From positions 73,165,972-73,229,971 of the forward strand of contig NC_057711.1 of assembly GCF_004010195.1 (NCBI RefSeq): a stretch of DNA of 64,000 bases, given 5' to 3'. Positions 23,755 to 36,126 of this stretch are shown here, one piece after another; the stretch's first letter is position 1, and the number at the start of each line of letters is the position of its first letter. Both the position numbers and the translations under genes were made by a program. This DNA comes from Chiloscyllium plagiosum (Eukaryota). The notes beneath the pieces were generated by a model. It was given only the letters and a program-made list of their open reading frames with translations, was not told where the DNA came from and did no database searches.

Positions 23755-26700
23755 TGAGTTTTGAGAAGATTTGTAGCTCAGGTTGAAGTTCTGGTTGTAG
23801 GTTTGCTGGCTGAGCTAGAAGGTTTGTTTTCAGACATTTCATCATCATATGAGGTAACATCTGCAGTGAGTCTCCGGATGATGCATTGGTGGTATAGCCC
23901 GCTTTCTATTTGTGTTTGGATTTCCTTTGGTTGGTGGTGTCGTTTCCTGTGGTGGTGTAATTTCCTGTTCTCTTTCTCAGGAGGTGGTAAATGGGATCCA
24001 AGTCAATGGATAGACTTCCGGTTGGAATGCCATGCTTCTAGGAATTTTCGTGCATGTCTCTGTTTGGCTTGTCCTCTGATGGATGTGTTGTTCCAATCGA
24101 AATGGTGTCCTTCCTCATCTGTATGTAAGGATATTAGAGAGAGTGGGTCATATCTTTTTGTGGCTAGTTGTTCATGTATCCCGGTGGCTAGTTTTCTGCC
24201 TGTTTGTACAATGTAGTGTTTGTTACAGTTTTTGCAAGGTATTTTCTAGATGACATTCGTTTTGCTTGCTGTCTGTATAGGGTCTTTCAAGTTCATTAGC
24301 TGCTGTTTTAGTGTGTTGGTGGGTTTGTGGGCTACCATGATGCCAAGGGGTCTGAGTTGTCTGGCAGTCATTTCTGAGATGTCTTTCACATAGGGGAGAA
24401 TGGCTAGGGTTTCTGGACATGTTTTACCATCTTGTATGGGTTTGTTGCTGAGAAATTAGCGGACTGTGTTCATTGGATACCCATTCTTTTTTAAAACCGT
24501 GTATAGGTGATTTTTCTGTGTGTTGGCTCGTTGAAATAATGTTCTGATGCAGCTTTGTTTGTGGGTGTTGGGATGGCTGCTTCTGTAGTTTAATATTTAG
24601 TCCATATGTGTTTATTTTCCTGTCAATGCTGGTTTGAAGTTTCCCATTGACTGTTCACTCTACTGCGATATCTAGGAATGGCAGTTTGTTGTTTTCCTCC
24701 TCTTTAGTGAGTTTTATGTCAGTAAGGGTATTACTGGTTGTCTTGAAAGTTTCCTCCTAATTGGTTTTGTTTAGTAATAACAAAGGTGTCATCTATGTAG
24801 TGGACCCAACGTTTGGGTTGGATGGTTGGCAGAACTGTTTGTTCTAGACATTAGACAGCGACAAACACAGAAAATGAAAAAACTAGACCTGCAGAAGAAA
24901 GTAGACAAACTTACACAAAATAACAACACTGACAGCACAGAAGCATGGATAAAAACTTATCTGACCGACCCTTAACAGACACTGAAAAAGCCGTCTTAGT
25001 AAGAGGATTGAAGTACAACTTGCAGGGTGCGGACAAAGATTTCTTCGCAGCATTAGAAACAATACTGAAAGACAACCAACTCTCAGAAGAAACCCAGCAA
25101 ACAAACCATCAAATAGACAGTCACACCAACATTAAGCAGGAAAAAGGAAGGAAGGAAGGAAACACACTCAATACATAAGAAAGGAAAACACTAGAAAGAT
25201 TTTTAAAAATAATAAAAACGTTGTTATCCTATCTGCAGACAAAGGATGCTTGACAGTTATTTTAAATCAAAGAGACGACATTGAGAAAATGAACGCACTA
25301 CTTGTAGATACCAACACTTATCAACAAGTGACGATAGACCCGACCCCACAACTAGAAAAGCGAATCACAGCCCTACTCAAAAAAAAACTTCAGAAATCTG
25401 GAGAAATAAATAAGACCAACTTCCAAAAAATTAAACCAGATGGATCCAACACACCATGCTTCTACGGATTACCCAAAATTCACAAACCAGGAGCCCCGCT
25501 CAGACCCATAGTCTTGCTACCTGGAACACCAACTTACTGATTGACCAAGAATCTATACCAAAGACTAAAATACTTAGTTGAAGACTCACACCACTCCACC
25601 CAACAATTCCTGAAGATTATCAAAGACACCAAGATGAGGATGAAATAATTGTCTCCTTTGACGTAACCGCCCTGTTCATATCCATCAACATCAACCTAGC
25701 CAAGGAAACACTGACTACATTATTAGAAGACCCAAAGACAACATAGACCAAACACCACCAACGTTGATCACCAAGGTCAATATCATCAAGCTAGTGGACC
25801 TATGCCTTACCACCCACTTCACCTTCAACAACAAAACCTACAGACAAACCAATGGAACACCCGTGGGATCTCCGATATCAGGGTTCTTAGCATAGGCAGT
25901 AATGCAGAGACTTGAGCAAACAGCTCTGCCAACCATCCAACCCAAATTTTGGGTTCAGTACATGGATGACACCTTTGTCATCACTAAATGAAACAAATTA
26001 GAGGAGATCTTCAAGACAGACAATAATACCCTTAACTGGCATAACCTTCACGAAAGAGGAGGAAAACAAAACAAACTGCCATTCCTAGATATCTCAGTGA
26101 ACAGCCAATGGGAAACTTCAAACCAGCATCGACAGGAAAACAACACATACGGACCAAATATTTAAACTACAGAAGCAATCATCCCAACACCCACAAACTA
26201 AGCTGCATTAAAACATTTCACCTAGCCATCACACACTGCAGCACAGAGGAAAATCACTTATACAGTGTATTTAAAAAGAATGGGTACCCAATGAACACAG
26301 ATATCTCAGCCACTAACCCAAACAAGCAGACAAACATGTCCAGAAACCCTAGTCGCTCTCCCTTACATCAAAGACATCTCAGAAATGACTGCCAGACTAC
26401 TCAAACCCCTTGGCATCATGGTAGCCCACAAACCCACCAACACAGTAAAACAGCAGCTAATGAACTTGATAGACCCTTTACTGACAACAAGAACAATTAA
26501 TGTTGTCTACAAAATACCATGCAAGAACTGTATCAAACACGACATTGGACAAACCGGCAGAAAACTAGCCACCAAGGAACATTAAAATCAACTAACCACA
26601 AAAAGACTACTATCCTTACTTACAGATGAGGAAGGACACCACTTCGACTGGGACGACACATGCATCAGAGGACAAGTCAAAAAGATATGCACGAGAATTC

Positions 26701-26938
26701 CTAGAAGCATAGCATTCCAACCGGAACTCTATCAACAAACTTGACTTGGATCCCATTTAGCACCACCTGAGAAAAAGGACAGGAAATGACATCATACAAC
26801 CCAAAGAAGTGCAAACACATAAATAGAAAGTGGGCTACGCCACTAGTGCTTTATCTGGAGGCTTACTGAGGATGTTACCTCATGGTGATGAAACATCTGA
26901 CAACAAACCTTCCAACTCAGCAAGTAAACTTACATCCA
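23755..26938. mobile_element. Penelope-like retroelement (family B) with ~1.1-kb inverted duplicate of its 3' part
   Basis: + strand 24850-26938: ADKG..TVIL, FYGLPKIHKPGAPLRPIV, SFDV..LF, GTPVGSP, YMDD, LPFLD, GIY-YIG VVYKIPCKNC...IGQTGR. 23755-24845 is the reverse complement of ~25915-26938. Confidence 0.92.
26866..26897 (+). ncRNA. Hammerhead ribozyme motif in the Penelope family B 3' end
   Basis: CTGAGGA-T-GTTACC-TCAT-GGTGAT-GAAA-CATC with short stem I tta/tga. A mutated mirror copy lies at 23832-23866 (-). Confidence 0.55.
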
Positions 26939-27269
26939 TGTTTTACTTTGTTTTCTTTTATGAGAATGTAGGCAAGGACAACACTGAATATCAATTCCTA
27001 ATTGCTCTTGGTAGTGGTGAGCCAACAGAAAAAAATGCTGAAGTTTGTGTTGAGAAGATATTCCTGTAGGGTAGCTCGATAATCAAGTTGAGAATTTTAA
27101 TTTAGCAATGATGCAGCAATTTTTATATATTTCTTCATCAATAAAAATTTTGACGTAATTTGCCTCCAATGAAGAAAATGTATGAAGGTGTTTCAAAGGG
27201 ACATTATAAACGAATAAAGCACTAATAAACGTGGACATTTTACAGCACCGGTCCATTTGGCCTGTGATA

Positions 27270-28700
27270 TTTGCACTAGGCAACAAAATTCTGATCCACT
27301 AATCCTGTCTTTCCAGCTTTGGCCCATAGTCTTGGATCAAATTTAGCTAGCTATCTAAATATTGCTTAAATGTTGTGCAAGTTTCTGACTCAACTGCACT
27401 TTCAGGCAGTGAGTTCCAGACTCTGACCACCATCTGAGTGGGAAAAAAAAATTGTCCTCCACTCTCCATTTCACTTTCTACCTTTTGCCATAAATCTATG
27501 CCCCTGGTTATTGACCCCTGTACTAATGGAAAAAGTGCCACCTTATTTATCCTATTGACGCTCCTCATCTTATCAATCTCTATCAGGTTCCTTTTCAGCC
27601 TTTTTCTACTCCAAGGAAAACCAGGTCAGCCTATCCAATCTTTCCACCTAGCTCAGACACTCCAGCCTGGGCAGAATCCTGGTAAACCTTCCCTGTATCC
27701 TCTGTAATGCAATCACATTCTTCTGTAATGTGACCAGAATTGCATGCAATACTCCAGTTGTGATCTAAGCAGCATTTTCTATACACCTCCAATATGAACT
27801 CCTTGCTCTTGCCTTTGTTAGCCAAGGCATAGAATACAAGTATCCCCTACACCTTTTAAACACTTTACCTACCTGCCATGCTAACTTTTGGGATCTGTGG
27901 ACATGTACTCAAGTCCTACTGGCCTCCAATGTTTTCCAGTGTCCTATTATTCATACAATCAGTCCCTTAGAAATCTTTGTTTAACTTCCCCAGCACTAAA
28001 GTTTGACTGACTGACTTAAATTTGAAAATTTCTGCTGTGGCCCTGATAGCTCCTCCCTCAACAGCCTGGGATACCTCTCCATTGGGGTCTGCTGTTTTAT
28101 CCACTTTTAAGGCTGCTAAATACAATAGTACTTTCTGTGTGCATTTCTTCTGATATCTCATGGTCTCTGCCCTGATGTCTTTACTTGTGTCTTTTTTTTC
28201 ATTGTGAAGACTTCCTCAAAGTCTAAATTGAGAACCGTGCCCATGACTTCTCCACTGATTGATTAACTCTAACTCCATGGTACCTAAAGGACTCTAGTTT
28301 CCCTAGTTCTCTTGCTCTATATCTGTTTGGAAAAACCTCTTTCTGGATTTCCATTTTTTTCTACCCACTAATGCTTTTTCATCTTTGCTTTCCTAATTTC
28401 AGATTTCATGTTTCACCCCTCTGCATTCTTATGCTGCCTAACTCTATGGTACCTAAAGGACTCTAGTTTCCCTAATTCTCTTGCTCTATATCTGTTTGGA
28501 AAAAACCTCTTTCTGGATTTCCATTTTTTTTTCTACCCACTAATGCTTTTTCATCTTTGCTTTCCTAATTTCAGATTTTATGTTTCACCCCTCTGCATTC
28601 TTATGCTGCTCCAGGGACTGTATTAAACCCCCTAGTAGCTGGCATAAACTCCTATGTTTCTGCGAGTGATCACCTGTGAGTCTCTGACATCTGGGATTCT
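27270..28700 (-). mobile_element. Old CR1 LINE remnant
   Basis: Minus-strand ORF VVRVWNSLPESAVE...FKQYLD and related CR1 motifs. Confidence 0.75.
28269..28608. repeat. Tandem duplication, 2 x ~169 bp
   Basis: ctaactc(c/t)atggtacctaaaggactctag... begins at 28269 and again at 28438, with only a few differences. Confidence 0.9.
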
Positions 28701-30461
28701 CTGGCGTTAGTTCCATCTTTTGTCTTTAGGTAGAAATATATTTAACCTGTAGAACATAAAACAGTACAGCACAGGAATGTGTCCTTTATTTTTAAATAAC
28801 AACATTTGAAGGCAAATAAGTGCAGCTCCAATGACATTATAACAGACTGACATCACACCCTGACTTATGCCTTTTAAAAGTCAGGAATTCACCACTTGGA
28901 AAGATGAACAACAAATATAAGGGAGCAAAGTAATCTGAAGTTCCAGCCAAGTGGCCAAACTTGTACATTTTTGATCAAAATCTTGGAACTTCTTACTAAA
29001 TGCATTGTGGGAGAACTTTCACCACAGACTTAAGTAAATGCCCTTGATCATCTTGTAGGCTGTTGGAAATGGGCAATAAATACTGCCCTTAGCATTGGTA
29101 CTCCCATCTTTAAACTTTTTAAGGATTGCTTTTTTGAATGTATTGATCTCTATGATTGAGGTTTTGACTGGTGAAATAATTCAAGATCATTTGTGCTTTT
29201 TGTTGTACAACAGCATGTCAAAATAATTGCAGCTGAAATAAATAGAACTTTAGTATTTTAATGTTAAATCCAAACCATATTAATGTGGATTGATGAATTA
29301 TGTTAGCTGATATAGTTTTAAAAAATATAATCCACTTAGTCTTACTCTGATCTTGATCACAAGAAATTACAGTGGAATAATGTAGATTTTCTCCCAAATT
29401 GAGGGCATGCTTATCTGCAACTTTTCTAAAAAAATAAGCACTTTGTTTCCAAACTACATATTTGAAAATGTTAAAAAAGCACTTCAAAAACCATAGCGCT
29501 CAGTATAAAGGTTGTTTTGTGGAATAGTGTTGCCTCCAAGCTTTAAATCCTTTTTTGACAATGTCCAGTGAGTAAATGAGTTTTCTTCAAAATACAACAG
29601 TTCTAATTGCACAGGGCAAACAGAAGCAAGGACCTTTGATCTCAGGCAGTTTGCAGTCTGCCTTAATTTTGAGATGCAATAAGAAGCTAAGTCACCTACA
29701 GCCACTTCACCTAGAAATCACACGGTCATCTAAATAACTGAAGTTGTTCTCTTTTTTCTCCATGGGAATCAGTAAACATTATTTTTAAAATCCAAGCATG
29801 AAGATTAGAGACATTATGAAAAAGTGTGATTCTGAGCTATAAACTGGTCATTTGAGATGATTGGGCATAAAGGAGCAATTGTGAATTATCTTTAAGTTTT
29901 ATTGTTGCATGGTATACATTAGCATTAAACAATGTGCTATTTAGCTTGTAGGCTACAAATCTGGTGATTTTTCTATTCCTAAAAGGCAAGACTAGAGTTA
30001 TTTTGTTCAAAAGCCATTTATTCATCCTGAGTCATGCATCTATTGAGGAAAGAAAATGTTCTTTTAATATCAGTTCATTGGAGTCCTATGCTAATCGTTT
30101 ATGGATGAATAATCCAAATTCACTTGTTATATTTTCCTGCTCCTCCTGGAAAAAAGTACTTGATTTCTGCTTTGTGCCTTATTCCAATATTCTCCAGGCA
30201 CTAGATACCTGACATAGGAAATCACAGATACAGATAGTTCAATATCTTAAACTGTAGCTGTGCTGGTTCACTGAGTATTTTGTACCAATGAACTGGTGCA
30301 AAAGACCATGTTTACTTTTCAAAATTTTATAATCTAACTGTGATTATTTTTTAAAAAATCAAAATTCATTTGGAGGGGGACAAATGGCTAGTAAAAGTAA
30401 TATGACGTAAGGCTTGATTTATGAATTTTACACTTTTTAAAAAAAATTTATGATTAAACAG

Positions 30462-30547
30462 CAAGTATTTCACAATCAAGGCCTTGCTGGGAAAAAGAAG
30501 AATTCAGCATTATAAGAGAATGCACTCCATGTCATGATTATGAAAAG
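30462..30547 (+). CDS. JTB: JTB coding exon (equivalent to human exon 3)
   Basis: AG at 30460-61, GTactg at 30548. Reads SISQSRPCWEKEEFSIIRECTPCHDYEK, matching the JTB motif PCW..EEF....EC.PC. Confidence 0.92.
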
Positions 30548-30612
30548 GTACTGTGTGCATGTAATTTTGAGTAATTATAGACTTTATTTTGAGAGTTGCA
30601 AAATCATTAAGT

Positions 30613-31510
30613 TATAGAGTCATACATATGGATAGCATGGAAACAGACACTTGGGTCCAACTCGGCATGCTGATCAGATATCCAGTTAAATCTAGACCCA
30701 ATTGCCAACATTTGGCGCACATCCCTCTTAAATCCTTTCTAATCATAAACCTATCCAGATGCCTTTTAAATGTTGTAATTGTACTAGTGTCCTCCACTTC
30801 GTCTGGTAGCTCATTCCATAATGCACCATCTCTGGAAAAAGTTGCCCTTGACCTCCCTTTTTATATCTTTCCCCTCTCACATTAAACCTGTGTCCTTTTT
30901 AGTTTTTGGCTCTTTCCCCTTTATTGGTCAGTGCATGGAGTATAGGAGTTGGGAGTTTATGTTGAGGCTGTACAGGACATCTGTTCGGTCACCATTGCAA
31001 TAGTACATGCATTATGGTCTCCCAGCTGAAAGAAAGATGTTGTGAAACTCGAAAGAGTTCAGAAAAGATTTACAAGGATTTTGCCAGGGTTGGCTGAATA
31101 GGCTGGGGCTGTTTTTCCTTGAGCATCAGAGGCTGAGGAGTGACCTTAGAAAATTATAAAATCAAGAGCAGGGAAAGAGTAAATAGCCTAAGTCTTTTCC
31201 CCAGGGTGGGGAGTCCAAAACTAAAGGGAATAGGTTTAAGGTGAGAGGGGAAAGATTTAAAAGGGATATAAGGGGCAGCCTTTTCATGCAGAAGGTGGTG
31301 TTTGTCTGGAATGAGCTGCTGGAGGGAAGGGGTGGTGGCTACTAAATTTACAATAATTTTAAAGACTTCTGGATGGTTATATGAATAGGAAGAGTTGAGG
31401 GATATGGGTCAAGTGCTGACAAATGGGACTAGATTAGTTTAGGATATCTGTCGGCCTGGACAAGTTGGACCCGAAAGCTGTTTCTGTGCTGTACATCTAA
31501 CACTATATGA
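30613..31510. mobile_element. Two CR1 3' fragments joined head-to-head (- then +)
   Basis: 30613-30905 is the reverse complement of a CR1 3' end; 30912-31510 is a CR1 3' end on +. Confidence 0.8.
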
Positions 31511-32960
31511 ATTATGAACAGGAGTAGTCCATTTGACCACTTGAGCCTGTTCTGCTATTTAATGATATCATGGCTAATGTGGCAGTGACCTCAACTCTAC
31601 TTTCATATCAATGCACAATGAAGATCAAGATGAGGAATTTCTTGAGGGTAGTGAATCTGTGAACTTATTTACTGTAGAGGGCTGTCAAAGATGGGGCATT
31701 TATTCAGGCCTGAGAGATAGAATCTTAATCAGTAAGCCAGTTGGAGTAAAGGGAAAAGGCAAGAATGTGGAGTTCAGGATTATTAGATCAGCATGATCTT
31801 GCTGAATCGTGAAGAGGACTCACTGGGCTGAATGGACTCCTGCTCTCGAATCTTATTGTCTTATGGTAACCCCTGATACACTTTAACTTCCTAGTTAGTC
31901 AAGAACCTATCTATCTGTTCCTTGAAAATAGTTTATTACTCTCTTCTTCTCTGAGGATATAAGTTCACCATATTCATGACCCGCAGAGAAAAATTCTCTG
32001 TCTACTTAAAATGGAAAATAACTTTTTTTTTCAATTTTGAGCCCTAGTTCTGTCTCTTCCCAAGGTAGAAACTTTCTTTTCGCATCTCTCATGTTAAGTC
32101 CGCTCAAAATCTTGAATTTTTCTGTAAGATCAGCTCTCATTCTTCTAAACTTCAACCTGCTCAATTTCCTCAAGTCCTTCATCCCTGGAATCTCAAGTGA
32201 ACAGCATTTAATGCAATTATGCCCTTTCTAAATAAGGAGCCCAAATTGAACATGGCACTCAGAGTTTGGTCTCATCAGTGCTGTGACTTGTAGGAAAACA
32301 TTGACTCTCTTTATGTACCCCTTGCAGTAAAATTGTTTGTCTTTATAAGGAAATGTCATCCCTGCAAATTAACTTTGTGCTTCAAATACCAGGACACAAA
32401 TCTCTTAAGAGGCGTGCAATATTTCTTCATTTACTAATGTGCATTTTAGATTTTTCATGCGAAAGTGGATGAGTTCACATTTCCCTACATTGTACTCAAT
32501 GTGCCAAAGTGTTGCCGACTTGTTTAACTATATCTCTTTTGACACCTTCCTCTTCACAGCGACAATATATTTAAACCCATCATCCGATTAATATGTATAG
32601 ATTGTAAATGGGTGAGGCCCCAGCATTGATCCCTGTGATATTCCTCTTGTTACATCTTGCCAGCCTACTGTTTATGCCTGTTCTTTGTTTCTTGTCAGCT
32701 ATCCGATCCTTTATTTGTACTAATACTACATATTCTTCAGACAATGAAAAAAAAATGCATAATGTTCCAGGTGTGGTCTCAGCAAGGTCCTGTACAATTG
32801 CAGCAAGACATCGCCGCTGCTTCTGCACTTGAATCCTCTCATTATGAAGGTTAATGTATCATTCACTTGCTACACCTACATCTTGCTTTTCATAATTGGT
32901 GTAGAAGGACACCCAGGTTTCATTTTACACCTCCCTCTTTACCAATCTATTTATCTTAGA

Positions 32961-35774
32961 TACAGTGTATATGTCAAGTTTTGAAGATTGTTCTTTTCAG
33001 CTGAAATTTAGGGGGGGGTCACCTTTTTCACAAGGTATTGTTTGGGGAATGAAATTCATGCTGGGCATGAGCCAAAAAATGGACAAACGAGCTAGATCTC
33101 TCTATAAAATAAACAACAAAAGGAAAAGGAATTATGGCTATTATTGAATATTTATCTACAAAGTAACTGTCTCCATTCTGCCTTCTAGGATAGAATGGTT
33201 CTGTCATACCATCTTCCAGTTACCAGTATCATAAAGTGCACATATCTACACATACGTATAAATGTTAATAGGCATACCAACAGGTGGTCAGGTCATCTAC
33301 CGGAGGTATTTGTACAACACACAATTCGTAAAATTAAAAAGAGGAGCAGTAAAAACAAAGAGACTGGTAGTATTTTATTTAGAAGAAAACGCATGAAACT
33401 GTTAATATATAATAAACACTTTACATCAAAAAAACTCTTCTCACCGTATATCACATATTATGGGACAACTACTTAAAAGACAAATTACAAGCAAAAGACC
33501 ATTAGAATCCTTCAAATTAACTGCCCTCATCGGTTACACCACTGAATAATTCATTCCAGTTGTCTGGGTCAAGGATATCGTTATATGGATCATCTTTATC
33601 TGCATTCTCAAGGGAATCATCAATTGATTTGTCATCACTTCCATCTGACCATAAATAGTCATCCTTTATACCATTTAAAGCATTAGAAATTCCACATTTT
33701 TGAAGGCTTTGACAATTTCAGTTTTCATCTCCTTTCAGGACTCAACGGTCCACTCACATGCAGTTGCAAGTAATGGAGCACACATGTTGCCACCCTTTGT
33801 GAAATTTTCTTCCCTCTTCTTGCATCCAAGTATCCCATTTCTTCCATACTATGTCCTTAAAAGGTTTATTGATGCTAACGTCCAGTGGCTGCACCATGCT
33901 CGGAAGGCCTCCAGGAATCATTGCAATGTCAGGATTGTTATCTCGAAGTTCACGGATGACTCTTTCCACTCTGTGATCTGAACATATCCCAAACCAGTAG
34001 GCTTTATTCCTTTCTAGGTTTACCTGGTCGCATATTCCAGACCTCCCTAATCCAAGTCTTGCAGCCACCTTCATCATCCACCCTTTTTCATAATGAGGAC
34101 AACAATGCCTTTTGGGAATTTCTATTTTGGGCAGAGTTTTCCACTTAAAAATCACCATAGGCTTTAACTTTGTTCCATCTGCCATACAACCAAGTACCAC
34201 AGTGAATCAACTCCCAGAGTGAATCAACTCCTTTCATGGGCAGTTGTCTTAACTAAAACTATTTTGGCTCCAATCTTGTCCGCAGTTCTGTTCCCTGGCA
34301 TATCAAAGTTCGTTGGGGTTTTGTCCATATTGCTGATACATGAGAGCCTGTGCCCATTTTCCTTCCGACTTCTAACTACAAAGCAATGGAAACCTATTAA
34401 CTTAAGTTCTGCTGGTAGACGTTGGACAATCTTGGTTTTCTGTTAAAGCACTAAATCATACCTTTTCATAAACCTACTGCACCATCCAGCACTGGCTTGG
34501 AAATAGTCATAGAGATGTACAGCATGGAAACAGACCAGATATCCCAACCCAATCTAGTCCCATCTGCCAGCACCTGGCCCATATCCCTACAAACCCTTCC
34601 TTTTCATATACCCATCCAAATGTCTTTTAAATGTTGCAATTGTACCAGCCTCCACCACTTCCTCTGGCAGCTCATTCCATACATGTACCACCCTCTGTGT
34701 GAAAAAGTTCCCCCATAGATTTCTTTTATATCTTTCCCCTCTCACCCTAAACCTATGCCCTCTAGTTCTGGACTCCCTGACCCCAGGGAAAAGACTTTGT
34801 CTATTTAGCCTATCCATGCCCCTCATAATTTTATAAACCTCTAGAAGGTCACCCCTCAGCCTCTGACGCTCCAGGGAAAACAGCCTTAGCCTGTTCAGCC
34901 TCCCCACTATAGCTCAAATCCTCCAACCCTGGCAACATCCTTGTAAATCTTTTCTGAACCCTTTTAAGTTTCACAACATCTTTCCGATAGGAAGGAGACC
35001 AGAATTGCACGCAATCATTGAATCCGTCTTTTTTTGTTTTTTGCTTCGTTTTTGGCACACATTCTTATACATTGTTGAGTGACTATGCTTTCATTCTGAT
35101 GACACATAATTACCCAGTCAGCAATCTTTTCTTCTAGTTGTGGCCTCTTATTTAGCTTTCCTTGGTTGGCATTCTTCTATTTAGGTATAACCTTTAACTG
35201 TGAGGCTTTTTTCCTCCAATCTCCAACATGTTTTTCGGAAACACAGAACTCTCTTGCAGCCACACTATTCTTCTCTGCAACTTCAATAACTTTTAAACTG
35301 TACTTTATACTTATTTCTTTGTGATGCCATTTTGTCAAAAACATTTGGGGGTTTTGGAGAAAGTTCAGAGTACAACTGTACATGACACCTACTTCTAAGA
35401 AGCTGAGGCAACAACGGGAAGACCAGTTCGAGGGCTGCCATATGGTACCGTAGATATTTGCGTGCACACGTCAAATATGTATGTAAATATAACAAATCTA
35501 TACAGAAAGATGTAGTTATCAACATTAAGTTTCACGATTTGAAAATTGTGTTACACAAATATATACTGTGGTAACGTGATGATGCAGATATTGCATTTGA
35601 ATAAAAATGTGCAAATCATGCCCTTTTAAGGCTGCATATATGGTCAGGAAGAGACCCCTGGAAAAACTAGAGTTGACTTATACACAAAATATCTGCAAAG
35701 TACCAGATTTTTTTGGCCAAAAATAAGGGGTTGACTTGTACATGAGATTGACCAATACACAAGTATAAACAGTA
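32961..35774 (-). mobile_element. Decayed pogo/Tc2 (POGK-like) DNA transposon
   Basis: Brinker-like N-terminus LKVIEVAEKNSVAAREFCVSEKHVGDWRK. DDE_1 motifs NMDKTP..FDMP, VLGCMADGTKLKPMVIFK, IPGG...VQPLDVSINKPFK. Right end reads tactgtttatacttgtgta on -, with a degenerate counterpart at ~32961. Confidence 0.85.
34505..35015 (-). mobile_element. CR1/HER1 3' fragment inserted in the pogo transposase
   Basis: ORF 34587-34907 LFSLERQRLRGDLLEVYKIM...FFTQRVVHVWNELP. Confidence 0.92.
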
Positions 35775-36052
35775 ATAGAATCTGTCACATAGCTTGTGTT
35801 GATACACATGATGTGAACGTGCTGATGTTGGACTGGAGTGGACAAAGTTTAAAAATCTCAACACCAGGTTATTGTAGTACTAGGAAAAATAGTACTTCCA
35901 AATAAACCTTTTGGACTATAACCTGGTGTTTGTGGTTTTTTTAAAAAACCTTGATGTAGTTAACTGTCTATTTGGCCTTTTATGTTTTAACACATACTCC
36001 TGATCATCATTTGATACTGTTATTCAATAACTTATTTTCGAACCTTTTGCAG

Positions 36053-36126
36053 ACTGTGCATGTAGAATGTACATCTACTGGATTTGTTGAAGAAGTAAAG
36101 TGTGTAACAGACCAAAGGTATAGGAG
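36053..36126 (+). CDS. JTB: JTB coding exon (equivalent to human exon 4)
   Basis: Acceptor ccttttgcAG, donor GTAAGG. Reads TVHVECTSTGFVEEVKCVTDQRYR(S), matching EC..TG.VE...C; phase 0 to 2. Confidence 0.92.

Noticed and set aside
33754..35467. Host POGK gene
   Set aside because: Frameshifts, stops, a CR1 insertion and terminal repeats indicate a dead transposon.
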